Assembly: GCA_964016885.1 (NCBI GenBank)
Contig: OZ024745.1
Location: 64,976,001-65,040,000 of the forward strand
Source: Eledone cirrhosa
Taxonomy: Eukaryota
Reading direction: 5' to 3'
DNA length: 64,000 bases
The notes under the pieces: generated by a model
The model's input: the letters and a program-made list of their open reading frames with translations, nothing else
Database searches by the model: none
What the model was told of the DNA's origin: nothing
Shown here: piece after piece, positions 56,901 through 64,000 of the stretch
How positions within the stretch are numbered: the first letter of the stretch is position 1
How the letters are laid out: each line of letters opens with the position of its first letter
Position numbers and translations under genes: made by a program

Positions 56901-58900
56901 GGGGATCCATTATTTATTTGGGTGATCCATTTTTTATTTGGGTGATCCATTTTTTTATTTGGGTGATCCATTTTTTATTTGGGTGATCCATTTTTTATTT
57001 GGGTGATACATTTTTTATTTGGGGGATCCATTTTTTATTTGGGTGATCCATTTTTTATTTGGGTGATCCATTTTTTATTTGAGGGATCCATTTTATATTT
57101 GGGTGATCCATTTTTTATTTGGGTGATCCATTTTTTATTTGGGGGATCCATTTTTTATTTGGGGGATCCATTTTTTATTTGGGGGATCCATTTTTTATTT
57201 CGGGGATCCATTTTTTATTTGGGTGATTCATTTTTTATTTGGGGGATCCATTTTTTATTTGGGTGATCCATTTTTTTAATTTGGGGGTCCATTTTTTATT
57301 TGGGTGATCCATTTTTTATTTGGGTGATCCATTTTTTAATTGGGTGATCCATTTTTATTTGGGTGATCCATTTTTTACTTGGGGGATCCATTTTTTATTT
57401 GGGGGATCCTTTTTTTATTTGGGTGATCCATTTTTTATTTGGGTGATCCATTTTTTATTTGGGGGATCCATTTTTTATTTGGGTGATCCATTTTTTATTT
57501 GGGTGATCCATTTTTTATTTGGGGGATCCATTTTTTATTTGGGGGATCCATTTTTTATTTGGGGGATCCATTTTTTATTTGGGGGATCCATTTTTTATTT
57601 GGGTGATCCATTTTTTATATGGGTGATCCATTTTTTATTTGGGGGGATCCATTTTTAATTTGGGTGATCCATTTTTTATTTGGGGGATCCATTTTTTATT
57701 TGGGTGATCCATTTTTTATTTGGGGGATTCATTTTTTATTTGGGTGATCCATTTTTTATTTGGGTGATCCATTTTTTAATTGGGTGATCCATTTTTTATT
57801 TGGGGGATCCATTTTTTATTTGGGTGATCCATTTTTTAGTTGGGTGGTCCATTTTTTATTTGGGTGATCCATTTTTTATTTGGGGGATCCATTTTTTATT
57901 TGGGTGATCCATTTTTTATTTGGGAATCCATTTTTTATTTGGGTGAGCCATTTTTTATTTGGGTGATCCATTTTTTATTTGGGGGATCCATTTTTTATTT
58001 GGGTGATTCATTTTTTATTTGGGGGGTCCATTTTTTATTTGGGGGATCCATTTTTATTTGGGTGATCCATTTTCTATTTGGGGGATCCATTTTTTATTTG
58101 GGTGATCCATTTTTTATTTGGGTTGATCCCTTTTTTATTTGGGGGATCCATTTTTTATTTGGGTGATCCATTTTTTATTTGGGGGATCCATTTTTTATTT
58201 GGGTGATCCATTTTTTATTTGAGGGATCCATTTTATATTTGGGTGATCCATTTTTTATTTGGGGGATCCATTATTTATTTGGGTGATCCATTTTTTATTT
58301 GGGTGATCCATTTTTTTATTTGGGTGATCCATTTTTTATTTGGGTGATCCATTTTTTATTTGGGTGATACATTTTTTATTTGGGGGATCCATTTTTTATT
58401 TGGGTGATCCATTTTTTATTTGGGTGATCCATTTTTTATTTGAGGGATCCATTTTATATTTGGGTGATCCATTTTTTATTTGGGTGATCCATTTTTTATT
58501 TGGGGGATCCATTTTTTATTTGGGGGATCCATTTTTTATTTGGGGGATCCATTTTTTATTTGGGGGATCCATTTTTTATTTCGGGGATCCATTTTTTATT
58601 TGGGTGATTCATTTTTTATTTGGGGGATCCATTTTTTATTTGGGTGATCCATTTTTTTAATTTGGGGGTCCATTTTTTATTTGGGTGATCCATTTTTTAT
58701 TTGGGTGATCCATTTTTTAATTGGGTGATCCATTTTTATTTGGGTGATCCATTTTTTACTTGGGGGATCCATTTTTTATTTGGGTGATCCATTTTTTATT
58801 TTGCTGATTCATTTTTTATTTGGGTGATCCATTTTTTATTTGGGGGATCCATTTTTTATTTGGGTGAACCATTTTTTATTTGGGGGATCCATTTTTTATT
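53950..58900. repeat. Imperfect duplication, offset ~3127 bp; boundaries approximate
   Basis: ORF pairs 54193/57320 and 54713/57840 are offset by 3127. GGGAATCC occurs at 54795 and 57922. Confidence 0.72.
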
Positions 58901-61900
58901 TGGGTGATCCATTTTTTATTTGGGGGATCCATTTTTTATTTGGGTGATCCATTTTTTATTTGGGTGATCCATTTTTTATTTGGGGGATCCATTTTTTATT
59001 TGGGGGATCCATTTTTTATTTGGGTGATCCATTTTTATTTGGAGATCCATTTTGTATTTGGGTGATCCATTTTTTAATTGGGTGATCCATTTGTTATTTG
59101 GGTGATCCATTTTTTATTTGGGGGATCCATTTTTTATTTGGGTGATCCATTTTTTATTTGGGTGGTCCATTTTTTATTTGGGTGATCCATTTTTTATTTG
59201 GGGGATCCATTTTTTATTTGGGTGATCCATTTTTTATTTGGGGATCCATTTTTTATTTGGGTGATCCATTTTTTATTTGGGTGATCCATTTTTTATTTGG
59301 GGGATACATTTTTTATTTGGGTGATCCATTTTTTATTTGGGGGATCCATTTTTTATTTGGGTGATCCCTTTTTTATTTGGGGGATCCATTTTTTATTTGG
59401 GTGATCCATTTTTTATTTGGGGGATCTATTTTTTATTTGGGGGATTCATTTTTTATTTGGGTGATCCATTTTTTATTAGGGGGGTCCATTTTTTATTTGG
59501 GTGATCCATTTTTATTTGGAGATCCATTTTTTATTTAGGTGATCCATTTTATAATTGGGTGATCCATTTTTTATTTGGGTGATCCATTTTTTATTTGGGT
59601 GATCCATTTTTTATTTGGGGGATCCATTTTTTATTTGGGTGATCCATTTTTTTATTTGGGTGATCCATTTTTTATTTGGGTGATCCATTTTTTATTTGGG
59701 TGATACATTTTTTATTTGGGGGATCCATTTTTTATTTGGGTGATCCATTTTTTATTTAGGTGATCCATTTTTTATTTGAGGGATCCATTTTATATTTGGG
59801 TGATCCATTTTTTATTTGGGGGATCCATTTTTTATTTGGGTGATCCATTTTTTATTTGGGGGATCAATTTTTTATTTGGGTGATCCATTTTTTATTTGAG
59901 GGATCCATTTTATATTTGGGTGATCCATTTTTTATTTGGGGGATCCATTATTTATTTGGGTGATCCATTTTTTATTTGGGTGATCCATTTTTTTATTTGG
60001 GTGATCCATTTTTTATTTGGGTGATCCATTTTTTATTTGGGTGATACATTTTTTATTTGGGGGATCCATTTTTTATTTGGGTGATCCATTTTTTATTTGG
60101 GTGATCCATTTTTTATTTGAGGGATCCATTTTATATTTGGGTGATCCATTTTTTATTTGGGTGATCCATTTTTTATTTGGGGGATCCATTTTTTATTTGG
60201 GGGATCCATTTTTTATTTGGGGGATCCATTTTTTATTTGGGGGATCCATTTTTTATTTCGGGGATCCATTTTTTATTTGGGTGATTCATTTTTTATTTGG
60301 GGGATCCATTTTTTATTTGGGTGATCCATTTTTTTAATTTGGGGTCCATTTTTTATTTGGGTGATCCATTTTTTATTTGGGTGATCCATTTTTTAATTGG
60401 GTGATCCATTTTTATTTGGGTGATCCATTTTTTACTTGGGGGATCCATTTTTTATTTGGGTGATCCATTTTTTATTTTGCTGATTCATTTTTTATTTGGG
60501 TGATCCATTTTTTATTAGGGGGGTCCATTTTTTATTTGGGTGATCCATTTTTATTTGGAGATCCATTTTTTATTTAGGTGATTCATTTTATAATTGGGTG
60601 ATCCATTTTTTATTTGGGTGATCCATTTTTTATTTGGGTGATCCATTTTTTATTTGGGGGATCCATTTTTTATTTGGGTGATCCATTTTTTATTTGGGTG
60701 ATCCATTTTTTATTTGAGGGACCCATTTTATATTTGGGTGATCCATTTTTTATTTGGGTGATCCATTTTTTATTTGGGGGATCCATTTTTTATTTGGGGG
60801 ATCCATTTTTTATTTGGGGGATCCATTTTTTATTTGGGGGATCCATTTTTTATTTCGGGGATCCATTTTTTATTTGGGTGATTCATTTTTTATTTGGGTG
60901 ATCCATTTTTTATTTGGGTGATCCATTTTTTAATTGGGTGATCCATTTTTATTTGGGTGATCCATTTTTTACTTGGGGGATCCATTTTTTATTTGGGTGA
61001 TCCATTTTTTATTTTGCTGATTCATTTTTTATTTGGGTGATCCATTTTTTATTTGGGGGATCCATTTTTTATTTGGGTGAACCATTTTTTATTTGGGGGA
61101 TCCATTTTTTATTTGGGTGATCCATTTTTTATTTGGGTGATCTATTTTTTATTTGGGGGATCCATTTTTTATTTGGGTGATCCATTTTTTATTTGGGTGA
61201 TCCATTTTTTATTTGGGGGATCCATTTTTTATTTGGGGGATCCATTTTTTATTTGGGTGATCCATTTTTATTTGGAGATCCATTTTGTATTTGGGTGATC
61301 CATTTTGTATTTGGGGGATCCATTTTTTAATTGGGTGATCCATTTTTTATTTGGGGGATCCATTTTTTATTTGGGGGATCCATTTTTTATTTGGGGGATC
61401 CATTGTTTATTTGGTTGATCCATTTTTTATTTGGGTGATCCATTTTTTATTTGGGGGATCCATTTTTTATTTGGGTGATCCATTTTTTATTTGGGTGATC
61501 CATTTTTTATTTGGGTGATCCATTTTTTATTTGTGGGAACCATTTTTTATTTGGGTGATCCATTTTTTATTTGGGGGATCCTTTTTTTATTTGGGTGATC
61601 CATTTTTTATTTGGGTGATCCATTTTTTATTTGGGGGATCCATTTTTTATTTGGGTGATCCATTTTTTATTTGGGTGATACATTTTTTATTTGGGGGATC
61701 CATTTTTTATTTGGGTGATCCATTTTTTATTTGGGGGATCCATTTTTTATTTGGGGGATCCATTTTTTATTTGGGTGATCCATTTTTTATTTGGGTGATC
61801 CATTTTTTATTTGGGGGGATCCATTTTTTATTTGGGGGATCCATTTTTTATTTGGGTGATCCATTTTTTATTTGGGTGATCCATTTTTTATTTGGGTGAT

Positions 61901-64000
61901 CCATTTTTTATTTGTGGGATCCATTTTTTATTTGGGTGATCCATTTTTTATTTGGGGGATCCTTTTTTTATTTGGGTGATCCATTTTTTATTTGGGTGAT
62001 CCATTTTTTATTTGGGGGATCCATTTTTTATTTGGGTGATCCATTTTTTATTTGGGTGATACATTTTTTATTTGGGGGATCCATTTTTTATTTGGGTGAT
62101 CCATTGTTTATTTGGGTGATCCATTTTTTATTTGGGGGATCCATTTTTTATTTGGGTGATCCATTTTTTATTTGGGTGATCCATTTTTTATTTGGGGGGA
62201 TCCATTTTTTATTTGGGTGATCCATTTTTTATTTGGGGGATCCATTTTTTATTTGGGTGATCCATTTTTTATTTGGGTGATCCATTTTTTATTTGGGTGA
62301 TCCATTTTTTATTTGGGTGATCCATTTTTTATTTGGGGGATCCATTTTTTATTTGGGTGATCCATTTTTTATTTGGGTGATCCATTTTTTATTTGGGGGA
62401 TCCATTTTTTATTTGGGTGATCCATTTTTTATTTGGGTGATCCATTTTTTATTTGGGGGATCCATTTTTTATTTGGGTGATCCATTTTTTATTTGGGGGA
62501 TCCTTTTTTTATTTGGGTGATCCATTTTTTATTTGGGTGATCCATTTTTTATTTGGGGGATCCATTTTTTATTTGGGTGATCCATTTTTTATTTGGGTGA
62601 TCCATTTTTTATTTGGGGGATCCATTTTTTATTTGGGTGATCCATTTTTTATTTGGGGGATTCATTTTTAATTTGGGTGATCCATTTTTTATTTGGGGGA
62701 TCCATTTTTTATTTGGGTGATCCATTTTTTATTTGGGTGATCCATTTTTTAATTGGGTGATCCATTTTTTATTTGGGGGATCCATTTTTTATTTGGGTGA
62801 TCCATTTTTTAGTTGGGTGGTCCATTTTCTATTTGGGTGATCCATTTTTTATTTGGGGGATCCATTTTTTATTTGGGTGATCCATTTTTTATTTGGGAAT
62901 CCATTTTTTATTTGGGTGAGCCATTTTTTATTTGGGTGATCCATTTTTTATTTGGGGGATCCATTTTTTATTTGGGTGATCCATTTTTTATTTGGGGGAT
63001 CCATTTTTTATTTGGGGGATTCATTTTTTATTTGGGTGATCCATTTTTTATTTGGGTGATCCATTTTTTAATTGGGTGATCCATTTTTTATTTGGGGGAT
63101 CCATTTTTTATTTGGGTGATCCATTTTTTAGTTGGGTGGTCCATTTTCTATTTGGGTGATCCATTTTTTATTTGGGGGATCCATTTTTTATTTGGGTGAT
63201 CCATTTTTTATTTGGGAATCCATTTTTTATTTGGGTGAGCCATTTTTTATTTGGGTGATCCATTTTTTATTTGGGGGATCCATTTTTTATTTGGGTGATT
63301 CATTTTTTATTTGGGGGGTCCATTTTTTATTTGGGGGATCCATTTTTATTTGGGTGATCCATTTTCTATTTGGGGGATCCATTTTTTATTTGGGTGATCC
63401 ATTTTTTATTTGGGTTGATCCCTTTTTTATTTGGGGGATCCATTTTTTATTTGGGTGATCCATTTTTTATTTGGGGGATCCATTTTTTATTTGGGTGATC
63501 CATTTTTTATTTGAGGGATCCATTTTATATTTGGGTGATCCATTTTTTATTTGGGGGATCCATTATTTATTTGGGTGATCCATTTTTTATTTGGGTGATC
63601 CATTTTTTTATTTGGGTGATCCATTTTTTATTTGGGTGATCCATTTTTTATTTGGGTGATACATTTTTTATTTGGGGGATCCATTTTTTATTTGGGTGAT
63701 CCATTTTTTATTTGAGGGATCCATTTTATATTTGGGTGATCCATTTTTTATTTGGGTGATCCATTTTTTATTTGGGGGATCCATTTTTTATTTGGGGGAT
63801 CCATTTTTTATTTGGGGGATCCATTTTTTATTTGGGGGATCCATTTTTTATTTCGGGGATCCATTTTTTATTTGGGTGATTCATTTTTTATTTGGGGGAT
63901 CCATTTTTTATTTGGGTGATCCATTTTTTTAATTTGGGGGTCCATTTTTTATTTGGGTGATCCATTTTTTATTTGGGTGATCCATTTTTTAATTGGGTGA

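Larger units (their letters stand above)
1..64000. repeat. Tandem satellite array, 20-bp monomer GATCCATTTTTTATTTGGG(T/G), ~3,200 head-to-tail copies, truncated by both window edges
   Basis: The monomer is directly readable in every line (three copies per 60-nt line, e.g. 21-40 TGATCCATTTTTTATTTGGG). There are two major variants (...GGGT, ...GGGG), sparse substitutions and 18-21-bp indel variants in the T and G runs. No non-repeat interruption or strand switch was seen. Confidence 0.99.

Noticed and set aside
20-63932. Many short hydrophobic ORFs (GGSIFYLGDPFFIWVIHFLF repeats) that might be read as a repetitive membrane or RiPP-precursor peptide family
   Set aside because: They are three-frame read-throughs of a 20-bp unit (not a multiple of 3). 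They start at TTG/GTG within the repeat and end at the TGA made by the T variant or at 1-bp indels. There are no leaders, promoters or modifying enzymes, and no frame conservation.
1-64000. CRISPR array
   Set aside because: The repeats are directly adjacent with no unique spacers, leader or cas genes.
1-64000. Telomerase-synthesised long telomeric repeat (TTATTTGGG resembles TTTAGGG/TTATTGGG-type motifs)
   Set aside because: Rare variants propagated in kb-scale duplicated blocks indicate recombination or replication-based amplification, not templated addition. No chromosome end is visible. A subtelomeric or recombination-maintained terminal location cannot be excluded.
1-64000. Minus-strand mini-ORFs (ATG GAT CAC CCA AAT AAA AAA TGG ... 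TAA, ~18 codons)
   Set aside because: They are an automatic consequence of the monomer, and no minus-strand ORF reaches the track threshold.
1-64000. Bacterial iteron, Dam/SeqA GATC cluster or replication origin
   Set aside because: A 64-kb gene-free array is incompatible with these compact elements, and no rep or dnaA context is present.
1-64000. CArG (MADS/SRF) boxes in CCATTTTTTATTTGG
   Set aside because: The canonical CArG is CC(A/T)6GG. Here the A/T core is 11 bp.
1-64000. Pure sequencing artefact (rolling-circle concatemer or basecaller stutter)
   Set aside because: Specific substitutions and even homopolymer-length variants recur in the same order tens of kb apart, which random error would not produce. 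Individual duplications could still be misassembled.
1-64000. A single regular higher-order repeat period for the whole array
   Set aside because: Offsets differ by region (1382 to ~7200 bp), and each holds for only 2-4 copies.

Overview
The entire 64-kb window is one uninterrupted, single-orientation tandem array (satellite DNA) of a 20-bp monomer, consensus GATCCATTTTTTATTTGGG(T/G), about 3,200 copies. It runs off both ends of the window. I see no unique sequence, inversion, transposon insertion, RNA gene, CRISPR spacer or credible protein-coding gene. Every ORF in the track is a translation of the monomer. The information lies in the variants: a G/T dimorphism at the last monomer position, plus rare substitutions and 1-bp indels that act as barcodes. 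These reveal a patchwork of local, near-perfect kb-scale tandem duplications with different periods (3495, ~1382, 1499, 2654, 3270, 4890, ~7000, ~2800-3010 and ~3127 bp) instead of one regular higher-order repeat. They also reveal a layered layout in which the left (~3.5-18 kb) and right (~53-64 kb) parts share diagnostic variants absent from the centre (~21-53 kb). This is most consistent with eukaryotic (peri)centromeric, subtelomeric or other heterochromatic satellite. I do not recognise the family, and organism and function cannot be established from the sequence alone. All alignments were done by eye and from ORF-track offsets.
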